This document shows positions 28,111-41,900 of a DNA stretch of 64,000 nucleotides, piece after piece. How positions within the stretch are numbered: position 1 is the stretch's first letter; each line of letters starts with the position of its first letter. The translations under genes were made by a program, and so were the position numbers. The stretch comes from Candidatus Kapaibacterium sp. (GTDB lineage Bacteria > Bacteroidota > Ignavibacteria > Kapaibacteriales > UBA2268): positions 79,481 through 143,480 of the forward strand of contig OZ223197.1 of assembly GCA_965140345.1 (NCBI GenBank), in the 5' to 3' direction. The notes beneath the pieces were generated by a model that had not been told where the DNA came from, made no database searches, and saw only the letters and a program-made list of their open reading frames with translations.

Positions 28111-29391
28111 ATGCAAAGACATTGCAATGTCAAGTATTATAAAACACTCTTAATTATTATGCTGTCGATTTTGGTCGTTAGTTGTAGCGATGACGATGAT
28201 GGTCCAATTACTCCAACTTCCAAAATTTTGGATATAGAAACCCAGCAGGCTCTGCATTACATGATGGATACAATGACCTCGAATAGGGGAATACCTGGAG
28301 CCATCGTCATGGTGCAAAAAGCCGGATATGAACCGTGGTATACTTCAGTAGGTTATAGAGATATAAGTACAAAAGACACATTGCTTCCTACACATCGTTT
28401 TCTAGTAGGTAGTATCTCAAAAACATTTGTAGGAGCAGTAATTCTTCAGCTTATTCAAGATGGAAAATTAGGACTAGATGATAAGTTAGTAGATCATCTT
28501 GATGCTGTAACTTTAAATCCGGACGTATACGACACAAGTATGTATAAGTTCTCTGAGATAACAATTAGAGAAATGCTTAACCACACTAGTGGAATGGGGA
28601 ATTATCTGAATGAGTATTTTGTTCCTTGGGCATTTGAAAACAGATCATCTTCAATAACTCGCGAAGCTCTGACTGATTCTTTGAATTCTGATGGACTTTA
28701 TTTCGCACCTGGAACAGGTGTGCAATACTCTAACTCTGCTTACATCACTCTTGGTTTGCTAGCAGAAAAAGTAACAGGCAAAAAGATAGAAGATTTAGTT
28801 AAAGACAGATATATAGATCCTATGGGACTATCCAATTCTTACTTCCCAAGTACTCTTTCTGAAACATCAGCATGGTTGGATGATAATACTCATGGTTATG
28901 CAATTTACTTGGATGGCAATCAACATGATGTAACAGATTTTGATCCTTCATATACTTGGGCTGCAGGCGCAGTAGTTTCTAACGCAGAAGATTTACTTGT
29001 TCACCTTAAAGAAATGTTGACTGGTAGCAAGATGCTTAATCCACAAATCCAGGCAGAAAGATTAAAATTTGAAGAAACAGAAATGCATGGATATGGCAAA
29101 GCTGGATTTGGCTTAGCGATAGCTGAAATCGGTGATTTATACAGAGGTCACTCGGGTGGCTGGATTGGATATAATACTAATATTTATTACAGAAAAGATA
29201 AAGATGCATATATCATAACATTTGTAAACAGATATTCCGGTGGTGAAAATCCTGCCTGGGATTTATTCTTGTATGCTAATGAAGTAGTGTTCCCTAATTC
29301 ACCTGTACAAAAAATAGCTCCTGCAAATGAGATTCAGGGACTAAAATATTCAATTGACCCTCAAAGTACCAATTTTTTCAAAATTAAGTAG
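28111..29391 (+). CDS. Beta-lactamase-fold serine hydrolase lipoprotein (class C beta-lactamase / D-Ala-D-Ala peptidase-like PBP family)
   Basis: Lipobox LVVSCSDDDD; SxxK GSISKTF, YxN YSNSAY, H/KxG HSGGWIGY; 426 aa. Confidence 0.8.
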   Translation: MQRHCNVKYYKTLLIIMLSILVVSCSDDDDGPITPTSKILDIETQQALHYMMDTMTSNRGIPGAIVMVQKAGYEPWYTSVGYRDISTKDTLLPTHRFLVGSISKTFVGAVILQLIQDGKLGLDDKLVDHLDAVTLNPDVYDTSMYKFSEITIREMLNHTSGMGNYLNEYFVPWAFENRSSSITREALTDSLNSDGLYFAPGTGVQYSNSAYITLGLLAEKVTGKKIEDLVKDRYIDPMGLSNSYFPSTLSETSAWLDDNTHGYAIYLDGNQHDVTDFDPSYTWAAGAVVSNAEDLLVHLKEMLTGSKMLNPQIQAERLKFEETEMHGYGKAGFGLAIAEIGDLYRGHSGGWIGYNTNIYYRKDKDAYIITFVNRYSGGENPAWDLFLYANEVVFPNSPVQKIAPANEIQGLKYSIDPQSTNFFKIK

Positions 29392-29402
29392 AGGTAATAG
29401 AA

Positions 29403-29891
29403 ATGGCACAAGTAGAAAACTTGGCACAAAACCAAACAGCCACAGCCAATAATATCGTAAATAAGTACATCTGGTGGGCTGCCGGAGGTGGTGCGATTCC
29501 ACTTCCAATATTTGATATTGCAGCAGTAAGTGCTGTGCAGTTGAAAATGCTAAAATCACTTGCAGAGCATTATGAAATCGAATTTAAGCAGGACTGGGGT
29601 AAATCCTTCATTGCTGCTTTATTGGGCGGTATCGCTGCAGATCAATTAACTCGCAGTACAATCACTAGCTGGGTTAAAGCTATTCCCATCGTTGGCATAG
29701 TTGCAACTCTTTCAATGCCTATTTACTCAGGAGCAATGACTTACGCTGTTGGTAAAGTATTTATTCAGCATTTCGAATCAGGTGGTACTTTCCTTGATTT
29801 TAATCCTGATAAAGTAAAAGCTTACTTCGCAGAAATGTTCAAAGAAGGCACTCAAAAAGGTGCTACTGCAACTGCTACAAAAAAAGCATAA
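29403..29891 (+). CDS. Hypothetical protein with DUF697/YcjF-like glycine-rich membrane-associated motif
   Basis: WAAGGGAIPLPIFDIAAVSAVQLKMLKSLAEHYEIEF resembles DUF697 core; 12 bp after the serine hydrolase gene; domain name recalled from memory, not searched. Confidence 0.45.
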   Translation: MAQVENLAQNQTATANNIVNKYIWWAAGGGAIPLPIFDIAAVSAVQLKMLKSLAEHYEIEFKQDWGKSFIAALLGGIAADQLTRSTITSWVKAIPIVGIVATLSMPIYSGAMTYAVGKVFIQHFESGGTFLDFNPDKVKAYFAEMFKEGTQKGATATATKKA

Positions 29892-29905
29892 CTTCTTTTT
29901 TCTAT

Positions 29906-29947
29906 CCGGGAGCAAGTTCTAAAGGCTTGCTTTCGGATTTTATTTTT
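29906..29947 (+). terminator. Rho-independent terminator upstream of the PKS-NRPS megasynthase gene
   Basis: CCGGGAGCAAG...CTTGCTTTCGG 11-bp stem (two G-U pairs) followed by ATTTTATTTTT. Confidence 0.55.
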
Positions 29948-29991
29948 GAAAAAATGAGAATACTGACTAGAAAGCACATATTGGAGATGAA

Positions 29992-32900
29992 ATGAAAAAC
30001 TTAATAGAATTATTGGCAAACATCAGAAACAGCTCTAAAGGAATAACATTTTATACTAGCACAGGAACATCTGAATTTTATTCTTACCAATATTTATATC
30101 TTTCATCTCAGTCTAGACTTCAACATTTTAATCAGAATAATATAGATTCTTCTTTTCAGGCGGTTTTTCAAATCTCTTCAGATAAAAACTTTATTGAATC
30201 ACTATGGGCTTGTATCCTTGGTGGAATTACAGTTGTTCCATTACCTCTAGCCGATAGTAAGGAATCAGAGCAAAAATTAAGGAATATATTAGACTTACTT
30301 GATAACCCTATTATTCTAAGTGATTCTGATGCTATAATTGAAGACTATGATGCAATAGATGTTTCCGAGACTTTTGTAGAATCTGAAATTGAATTAGAGT
30401 TTAAATCTCAAAATCCACTTCTGATTCAATTTTCATCCGGTTCGACAGGCTCACCTAAAGGAGTCATTGTATCGCATGAAAATTTAATTTCAAATCTGGA
30501 ATCAATGAGAACAACTTTGGAGTTCAGGAAAGATGAAGTTTTTCTTTCATGGGCACCACTGACCCATAGTTCAGGTATGATACTCGCACACTTGAATGCC
30601 GTCAGAGGCGATTATAATCAGATTCAAATAGAACGTCAGGCTTTCATTTCTAATCCTTTAAACTGGATCTATCTGACAGATAAACATAAAGCTACATTTA
30701 TTTTTGCACCAAATTTTGGTTACAAATATTTTTTATCTGCATTGGATAAAAAAGTTAATTACGAATGGGATCTAAGTTCTGTGCGATATATTATGAATGG
30801 CTCAGAACAAATCTCTGCTGAAATAGCAAATGAGTTTACCTACACTCTTTCAAAATATAGACTAAATTCTAAAGCTATGACTACCATATATGGCCTGGCT
30901 GAAGCAACACTCGCTGTCAGTTGCGAATCAATTTATGAAGAGCTTCAATATCTGAATGTAAATAGGAATTCTATAAATCTTGGTGGTTCTATAGAAGTAA
31001 GTAAAGATGACAAAAACTCACTCAAACTTGTATCACAAGGTAAAGCTGTAGCAAATACTCAGATTAGAATATTCGATGAAGAAGTTCTTTCTGACAATAT
31101 GGTAGGAGAGATTCAGGTTAGAAGTGATTCTGTTATATCATCCTATTATAAAAATCCAACTGCTACAGAATCTTTACTAACTCCTGATTCTTGGCTTAAA
31201 ACAGGTGACTTAGGATTTTTAAGAGATGGTAAGTTATATGTATGCGGAAGACAGAAAGAACTTATAATCATCAACGGAATAAATTACTACCCTGATGATA
31301 TAGAAAGGCAACTTGCTTCTTTAATTGATATCTCTCAAAATCATATTATAGTCTCTTCAAAAATAAATGAGACAAGTGGAACGGAAGAAATTGTATGCGG
31401 AGTTGCTTCTGAGAGAGATTTAGATGTAGAATCGATAAAAAAGAATTTCATTGCTAAATACGGTATTGTTATATCTCACATTAGAAAAATCGAATCGATA
31501 CCAACTACTTCAAACGGTAAGAAACAGAGAATCAAGTTCGCTAAAGACTTCATTATTGAGCATGATAAAACTGATAATAATATCAGTATCAATAATTTGG
31601 ATCTTTGGCAAATTAGAGATGTTATAATCAAAGTGGCAGAGAAATTTGTAGAAAGCAATTTTGATTCGAATAAAAACTTTGCTCTTCAGGGATTCAACTC
31701 CATTAAAACAGTTGAATTTGTTTCTGACTTGTCTAAAATACTGAATATAAATTTAGATGCATTCGTAGTTTTTAATAATCCTGATGTACAATCTTTAAGC
31801 AATTATATAAGCTCAAAGATGAGTTATTTGGAAGCTAAAAAAGATATATCTGAAGATCAGAATTATGAAGATATCGCTATCATTGGTATAGATTGCAGAT
31901 TTCCAAAAGCTAAAAATGCAGATGAGTTCTATAGAAATCTGATAAGCCACATTGATTGTATTTCAGAGATTCCAAAATCGCGTTGGGATGTATCAAAAAT
32001 AGCTGATTCTAAGATCAAGGAGATACCAAATTATGGAGGTTTCCTATCTGACTTTGATCTTTTTGACAATGAATTCTTTAATATCCTACCAATTGAAGCA
32101 AAATCCCTTGATCCTCAGCAACGCCTGCTTTTGGAAACAACAATACATGCTCTGGAAGATGCAAATATTAAAATTGAAGATATTCGTAATTCAGATTGTG
32201 GAGTCTATGTAGGAATCGCAAACAGTGATTATGCGGCAGTAGAAGCAAAATCTTCTGAACTTCAAAAAATAACACCTTACAGTTTCACGGGTTACACTCC
32301 AAGCACTGCCGCAGGTAGAATTTCTTATTTTCTAGGTTTACATGGTCCAAACTTAGCAATAGATACAGCTTGCTCTTCATCGCTCGCGGCATTGCATTAT
32401 GCATCTCGTGGTATTCAAAATAAAGAATGTAAACTGGCTATTGTATCCGGAGTAAATCTTATTCTAAGTCCGGAAATGAATATTGGGCTTTATGAAATGG
32501 GAGTGCTTTCTGAAGATGGCAGATGCAAAACATTTGATAAAAAAGCCAATGGATATGTCCGTTCTGAAGGCTGTGCAACTCTAATTATTAAAAGTTTAAA
32601 ACAAGCAGAGGAAGATGGAGACAGAGTTTATGGTGTGGTTAAAGCGTCTGCTCTATCTCATGATGGTGCTAGCAACGGTTTAACTGCTCCAAACGGTGTG
32701 GCACAAGTCAAAGTAATGCAAAAATCTTTGGGAATCGCAAAGCTACATGCTAAAGATATAAACTACTTTGAAGCACATGGCACAGGCACAGTTGTTGGAG
32801 ATTTGCAGGAACTTAATTCAATAAGTGAATTATGCGGAAAGATAGAACCTCATCAGAAAGTTGGTGCTGTTAAATCAAATATAGGTCATACTGAAGCGGC

Positions 32901-35900
32901 AGCAGGTCTTGCGGGTGTTATTAAAATTCTAAAAGCTTATGAAAAAGGTACACTGCCGGGGAATCTACATTTCAATCACTTACCTGAAAATTCTCATGTA
33001 GATATTTCTGATTCTAATATAGTATCTAAAAATATTGATATTTTTGAACTTCTCAGTGAAGCAAATTCTGATAAGCTCAGAGCTTCAATCAATTCATTCG
33101 GATATAGTGGAACGAATGTCAATCTGATTCTGGAGCAATACCCAAATGCTAATATAAAAACGAAAGTAACACATTCTTCTAATGCAATCCGAGTATTACC
33201 ATTAACAGCAAAAACTAGCGAATCTCTGGATAAAACCATGCAAGCATACTCCGAATTGCTAAATAAAGAAGCTATACATATCGATGATTTAATTGCAAAT
33301 CTAGAGCTTTTTAGAGACAAGTATAAGCATAGAGCAGCTATAGTTTCTACTAATTCGAATATTATTGATATCCTTTCAGATCCTACTTCTAGCAAGATTA
33401 AATACAAAGTACTGAAAAGTAGTAGTATAACAGAAAGTAAGGGTATTGTTTTTACCTATCCAGGTGGCGGAGCTCAGCGTCTTAAAATGGGGCAGGAGCT
33501 TATACAAAAAGACTCAGTTTTTGCAGATAATATGCTCAAGTGTGATAAATTGTTATCTAATTACCTCAATACATCTATAATTGATATAATCAACAATAAC
33601 AAAGAAAAACTCGGTAAACTTGAGTTTGCTCAGCCAGCGCTTTTTGCAATTGAATATTCTCTAAGTCAGATGTTTGTTTCTTATGGATTAACTCCGCAAG
33701 CTGTAATAGGGCATAGCACGGGTGAGTATGCTGCAGCGTGCATTGCGGGGATTATCTCACTGGAAGATGCTGTAAAAATGATCTCTGTCAGAGCTAAACT
33801 TATGGATAGCATTGACACAAAAGGCAAAATGGTTGCTGTATATACTAATTCTGAAACAGTTGGGAAATATCTGACTGATTATCAGAAATATGTAAGTATA
33901 GCTACTATTAATTCTTCTGAAAATGTTGTTATATCAGGTAGTAGCGAAAAAGTTGATGAGATCGTTCAAAAAATTAAAGCAGACGGTATTGAATTCAAAG
34001 AACTCAAGATCTCACAAGCTTCACATTCACCGATTATGGAAGAAATTATTGATCCATATAGAGAAGCGATTAAATATATTGAATTTAAAGAAGCAAAGAT
34101 TGATTACTACAACAATATAACAGGAAAGAAGCTTGAAAAAGGAACTATCTTAGATGCAGAATATTGGTGTAATCATATTCTGGAATGTGTAAATTTTGCT
34201 GCTTCATTACAAAATATCCGAGAAGACGGATTCCATATATTCCTTGAATTAGGACCATCTCCTGTATTGACAGGGGTAGGTTTGCAGGATTATCCGGATG
34301 ATCTTTTTATATCAGCATTTGCTAAAGACTTTGATGAATACGAACAAATACAGCGTGTTCTAGGAGAACTTTATGTAAATGGTATTGATTTAAGCTTTTC
34401 TAAAATATATAAGATAGAGCAATTTAATAAGATAGAATTGCCGAAATATCAATTCTCTCAAAAGCGTTTTTATCAGGATCCAAATCATGGTCTTTATAAA
34501 CAAAACAATCAAATATATCAAACTGTTACAAGTATTCCGGAGCAAGTAAAGATGAAAACATCAAGAAACTATAAGAACGAAATTCTTGAAATTATTGCTG
34601 ATAAAACCGGATTAGAGAAAGAACAGCTTGATATCAATACCGGATTTTTCCAAATGGGAATGGATTCGCTTACTTTAGTGAAAATGAGGCAAGAGATAAA
34701 CAAAAAGTATGCTATTTCTGTCTCAATGACTGATTTGGTTAAAAACTATGATACAGTATCCAAGCTTTCTGAATTTGTAAGCAGCAATATGCCTGAAGAA
34801 CCGGAAGTGATTGAAAATTCTACTTATGAGCCGGTACAGCCTTTACAAAACCATCAACAAACAAGCTCTAATCAAAATGTTAGTTATGTTGAATCCATAA
34901 TTCAGCAGCAAATGCAAATAATGCAACAGCAGCTGAATTTACTTCAAAATTCGGCGCAAGTAATTTCTGAACCAGTTCAACAAAAGAAAGTCAAGAAACA
35001 AAGCAAACCTACAAATTTCAGATCTCTAAAGCTGGATGGTGACAATTTAAGCGTTGAGCAGGAAAAGTTTATAAATGATTTGATTGAAAAATACAATCAT
35101 AAAACTAAAAGCTCGATGGAATATGCTCAAAAGCATAGAAAGCACCTCTGTGATTGGATAAATACTCTTTCTTTCCGCTTTAGTCTAAAAAAAATGAGCT
35201 ATCCTTTTGTTTCTTCCAGATCTGAAGGCGGTTATGTTTGGGATTTAGATGGTAATAAATACATTGATATAGCTAATGGTTATGGAGTTCACTTCTTCGG
35301 TCATAGACCAAAATTTGTAGAAGAAGCTATTTTGCAGCAAATAGACAAAGGCTTTGAACTTGGTCCACAATCTGCAATTGTAGGTGAGACAGCGGAACTT
35401 CTTGCTCGCCTCAGTAAAAACGAAAGGGTTACTTTCTGTAACACGGGCTCTGAAGCTATCATGGTCGCTATTAGAGTAGCACGTGCAAAGACAGGTAGAG
35501 ATGAAATAGTGATCTTTGGTGGTTCTTATCATGGTACATTTGACGGCGTACTAGCTGTCCCTGATGATGATGGTGATTCACGCCCTGTTTCCATTGGTGT
35601 TCCTGAAGGTATGGTAGAGAATGTAAAAGTCTTAGATTATGGTTCTGATGAAGCTTTAGAATATATTAAAATCAAAAGCCAAAATATTGCTGCAGTTATC
35701 TGCGAACCAGTTCAAAGTAGAAAACCGCATTTACAACCTAAGGAGTTTATAAAAGAACTCAGAGAAATCACTCAAAACTCTGGGACTACTCTGATCTTTG
35801 ATGAAGTTGTAAACGGGTTTAGAATTTCAGCCGGAGGGGCTCAGGAATTTTATGGTATAAAAGCTGATTTGGTTACTTATGGCAAAGTAATTGGCGGTGG

Positions 35901-38900
35901 TATGCCATTGGGAGTACTTGCCGGAAAAGCTGAATTCCTTGATTATATTGATGGAGGAAATTGGGATTTTGCTGATAACTCTGTACCTGAAAATGATATA
36001 ATATTTTTTGGAGGCACTTTTTGTAAACATCCTCTTACAATGGCTGCGTGCAATGCAGTATTGAAAAAAATAGAAAAAGAAGGGGACGAGCTATATAACA
36101 GACTAAATAGTATGACTGCTGATTTTGCAGATAAAGCGAATAAGTTATTCAAAGAACTACGAGTTCCCTTGACTTGTACTTACTTTGCATCTCAGTTTCG
36201 CATAGATGGTCAAAACGAATACAGCTTACTTTTAAAACCTATTGAGCTCGATATATTCTTCTACTTGATGATATACAAAGGTGTTTATTTCTGGGAAAGA
36301 AAGGTAAACTTCTTCTCCACTGAAACATCTAAAGAAGATGTAGAATACATCCTGAAAGCGATGCGCGAAGCTCTTACGGAAATGATTGATAATGGGTTCT
36401 TTCCTGATGAAACTAGAAAAATATCTCCAATTAAAATAATGGAAGCTTCTACATCTCAAAAGAGAATGTTCCTATTAAGTCAGTATGAAGGTGGAGAAAT
36501 AGCTTATCATATCACACTTCCATTTTTAGTAAAAGGCAAACTAGAAACCAATAAACTTGAAGCAGCTATAAGCAAAATTGTTGATCGCCATGAAATATTA
36601 CGTACTAAATTTTATCTGAAAGATAGTAAGATAATAAGCGAAGTAGTTGATAATTATGATTTTAAATTGACTCATTTTGAAATAGAAGATGATTTACAAA
36701 GTGGAATAAATAAGTTTATTCAAAGCTTTGATTTATCTTCATTACCACTATTTAGATTTGGTTTGGCTAAGATAAATGAAAACGAGCATCTACTTGTTTT
36801 GGATATCCATCATATTATCTTCGATGGTCTTTCTATTGCTGTTCTGATAGATGAATTGTGCAAGTTCTATGTTGGTGAAGAAGTTGACTATCAGCCAGTA
36901 CAATTTAAGAGATTTTTGAATTTAGAAGAAAAGTATTTTGGCAGCAAAGATTTTCAAATCGATAAAGAATATTGGCTTGAAAATCTAAAAGATTTGCCAG
37001 TAGCCGCTGATTTACTTCATGATTTTAGCAGACCACCAAAAACAACATTTGAAGGTGATCAGTTACATTTTCAAATAGATTCTGAATTAACAACTAAGAT
37101 ATTTAAATATTCTAGAGAAAAAGGAATTACTCTAAATACCGTACTTCTAAGTGCTTATGCCTTGATGTTAAATAAACTATCCGGTGCAGAGGATTTTGTT
37201 ATAGGTTGTCCTGCTTCTATTAGATCAATAGATGATGATCTTGATACTGCAATTGGTCTGATGGCTAATACAGTTCCTCACAGAATCAAATTGGATAAAA
37301 TTCAAAAGTTCTCAGAATTTGCTCAAAAGCAAGCTATACAAACAACTGAAAATTATGAGCATTCCATATATCCAATTGAAAAGATTATTGAAGACCTTGC
37401 TCTTGAAAATTATGGCAATAGGCATCCTTTGTTTGATTCTCTTTTCATTTTTGAAGCAGCTGATAGTAGGCTTTTTGATATAGAAGGACTTAGCTTTGAA
37501 AGATATAAATATCAGAAACAAACAACAATGTCCGATCTGGTATTTGAAGCTATAAAAGAGTCCGGTGTTATAAATTGTAGTATTGAATATGATAAGAATC
37601 TATTTGAAAAAGCTACGATTCAGAGATTTATAGTTTATTATAATAATATTCTTTCTCAGATAATATCTGATAACGATGTTTCAATTCAAGATGTTAACAT
37701 AATTCCTGAAAAAGAATATCAAATACTAAAATCCGGATTGATGGATTATAATCATGAGGCAAAACTAGAATCAGCTTTAGATATATTTACAAAAAATGTA
37801 GCTAATAATCCTTATAAAAAAGCTGTAATTACCTCTGATAAAACTATTCTTTATAAAGATTTAGATAAATTATCTAATTCCATTGCTTATCATATTCAAA
37901 ATAATATCAACAGAACAGATGCAAAAGTTGCATTGCTCTTGGATAGAAATGAATACTTAATAGCAGCTATTCTTGCATGCTATAAACTTGGAGTTCCTTA
38001 TATTCCATTAGATAAAAGTACTCCTCAAGAACGCAATGAGTACATTTTGCAAGACTCTATGGCTGATTTGCTTATCACCGAAGATGATATGAAAATATCC
38101 ATTCCACAACTTCATTTGAGTGGAATTGATTTTTCTGAAGATCACATTGTAGAGTATAATTCTGATTTAAATTCTCTAGCGTATATCACTTATACTTCAG
38201 GTTCTACAGGAAAGCCCAAAGGTGTAATTATCCGACAAGAGAATATAGTTGCGTTTGTAGATAACTTTGATAAAGTCTTTAATTTCCAGAGAGATGAAAA
38301 AATTCTTGCAGTTACAACTGTCTCTTTTGACATCTCGAATCTTGAAATTATCTGCTCTCTACTTTACGGAATGACAGTTGTTCTCGCTTCTGACGCTGAA
38401 ATCAATAATCTAAATCTGCTCAAGGAATTATGTCACATAAACCATATTGAGAATATTCAGTTAACTCCCAGCCGCTGCAATCTTTTATATCAGGAACTAG
38501 GCAAACCATTCTTAACAAGCTTTAAAACAATTCTTGTTGGTGGTGAAGCAATGCCTAAATCACTGTATAATGAACTTAAACACTTCAAAAATACCAGAGT
38601 CATAAACGTTTACGGGCCAACAGAAACTACTATTTGGTCGAGCTCTAAGCTGATTAATGATAGTGAATTGAATATCGGTAGAGCCTTAGTCGGAGAGAAA
38701 ATCTTTATATTGGATCAAGAGAATAATCCTGTACCAATCGGCGTCAAAGGTGATATATGTATAGCAGGAACAGGAGTAGGAAATGGTTATTATAATCGCA
38801 AAGATCTTACAAAAGATAGATTTATAAAAGCTGATTTTATTGATGATATAATCTATAAAACAGGTGATATAGGAAGGATCAATAATAACCTTGAAGTGGA

Positions 38901-41900
38901 GATTTTTGGCAGAAACGATAACCAGATAAAAATCAGAGGTTATAGGGTAGAACTTGAAGAAATTGAAAATATAGCAAATTCGATTAGTGGTGTGCAAAGT
39001 GCAGTTTGTAAACTTGAGAATGACTCTACATTAGCAATGTTTTATATAGGGATTATAACAGAGCAGGAGCTTAAAAAAGAGCTTAGAGATAAGCTACCTG
39101 CATATATGCTACCAGCATATTTTACCAAAGTTGAGAATTTTCCACAAACTCCAAATGGAAAAATAAATCGCAAAGCATTAAAGTCAGAAATAAAGAATGA
39201 AAAGATAGAGTATTTAGATAAGCAATTGAATAATAAAGAATCTAAGTTTATTGAAATACTGAAAGAAGTTTTAGGTTTGGATTCAAAAATATCTCTCGAT
39301 TCAGATTATTTTGAGATAGGTGGAGATTCTATAAAGTCTATAAAACTAATCTCAGCTTTGTATAAAGAAGTAATAGAAGTAGATTTTAAAACTCTTTTCA
39401 CAGCTGACAGTATAGCTGAAATCATTCAAAAGGCTACATTTAAAGATAATATTAAAGATGATAATGAAATAGAAATATCTGATATGCTTGACTTGCTACC
39501 AATGCAGGAAGGTATGCTCTTTGAATCATTAGGTAAAGATAAATCTATATATCACGAGCAGCTATCATTCAGTCTTCAAGGGGATTTAGATTTCAAGAGA
39601 TATAAAAATGCCTGGAATAAAGTTTTAGGTCATTTTGATATTTTCAAATCAACTCTGCAAACAGATGAGAATTATAAATATAAACGCAAAATAAATAATC
39701 ATATGACAGGCAAGGGATTTATCTCTGAAAATAGTGATTTCGAAGTACTTAAACGCAATGATTTAGAGAATAACTTTTCTATTGAGAATGGCGAACTATA
39801 TAGATTGTATTTAAATAAACGCAATGATATCACTGATGTTATATTCAGTTATCATCACCTGATTTTAGACGGCTGGTCTTTGACAATTCTTTTTGATCTG
39901 ATACGGAAATTATATAAGAATCCAGAGTATGATATCTCTGAGATTCCTGATACATATTCTCAAATATCTCAAAAGATAATTAAAAATAACGCTAGTGTGT
40001 CTATTCAGGACGCCACACAATCTTTACTTGGATTAGAGAATTTAAAAGAAACTAAACTCTGTATTCAATCAAATGACATGTTAGAAAATATAGAATCTGT
40101 TTCGACTACTCTAAATGTAGTAACTCTAGATAAGTTAAAAGATTATGCTACTAAGCAGAAAGTGAGTTTGCAAAGTATTTTACTGGGAGCTTGGACAAAG
40201 CAACTAAGCATGCAAAATCAGTCAGATACAGCATGCTTTGCTTTAAGTATTTCAGGAAGGAATTACTCATATCCTGATATTGATAAAGCAGTCGGTTTGT
40301 TGATGAATACATTACCTATGAAAATAAATACTGATAATAATATCAATACAAGTATAAAAGAAGTACATGCAAAACTAGCTTCAGTATTGGATTATCAGCA
40401 TATTTCTTTAGCGGAGATTATTGCTAACTTTGATAACAAAAATATATATGATCATATAATTGTGATCGAAAATTACCAACCTACTGATTTATCAGTTTCA
40501 GATACAGTAAAAGTAGAAAATATTGATTTTTATGAGAATACAGATACTCCTGCAGTAGTTTATTTCTCAATAGAAGATGGTATTATTATACGTATAAATT
40601 CTAAAACTGCTGATAAAGCAAGTTTAGAAGCATTTTTAGAATCTTATAAATCTCAACTGCTTGCTATCACAGGAGATAATAAGGACAAAGGATTACCTGA
40701 AAAAGATATATCTAAACAAGTTATCTCATTATTTGAAAAAATACTAGAAGTAAAAAATCTTAGTTTAAACAGCGATTTCTTTGACTTTGGCGGACACAGC
40801 CTTAAGATTATAAGACTTCTGACAGCTATGTACAAAGAATTTAATTTTAAGATGGAAGTGGAAGAACTTTATAAAAATCCTACTCCATTAAAAATCGCAA
40901 GTTTAATAGAGAAAGCTTCAAATACAGATTTATCAGTTACTCAAGAGATATATCCATTACCTCCTAAAGAAAAGTATGATTTATCTTATGCTCAAAGGCG
41001 ATTATGGCTCTTTGCAGAACGTTTTCCTGAAAATACATCTTATAATGTTTTTGGTAATTTAATTTTTGAAGGTGATTTGGATATAAATGCTTTTGAAAAA
41101 ACTATTAGAACAATCCTTGAGATAAATCCGATTTTTCGAATAGCTATCGATAATGAAGGAGGTATGCCTTCTCAAAGAATTATGGCAAATGATTTTGTGT
41201 TAAAGGTAAACGAATTTGAGAATAAAAAAGAAATAGAAGAGTATGTAGAATCTTTTTCTAGAACAGAGATGCAGCTTAATAAAGGCAATCTATTTAGAAT
41301 AGAGCTGATTAAGTTGAATCATAGTAAATATATTTTCCTTTTTAATGCTCATCATATAATTTTTGACGGTTGGTCAAATGATCTGTTACTGAAACAAATA
41401 CAAACAATATACAGAGATATAGTAAAAGGACAAGCAATTGATATTCAAACTGGCTCTATAAACTACTTTGATTATGCTCACTGGCACAATCAAGGCGTTA
41501 TGAACGGAAAATTTCATAGCCAGAAATTGTATTGGCAGAATCAACTGCAAGATATACAGGAAATATCTATTTTAAAAGGAGATCTTTCTACCGAAATAAA
41601 TATTCCTGCTCTCAGCATATACAAAGAGCTAAAACTCAATGAACTTATAATATCAAGAAGATATTCTAAATTTACCATTCTTACTGCTGCAGTTACTATG
41701 CTTATCTCAGCTTATGAAAATAGAGATAAGATTATACTTGGAATCCCTGTATCAGGCAGAACCCCACAAATAGAATTATCCTCATTAATGGGGTATTTTA
41801 TCAATACTTTACCACTGGTTGTGGATATAAATAAAGAATCCGGAGTGGAAGATTATTTGGAAGAAATTACTGAGAAAATCAGCAACATAAATTCTAATCA

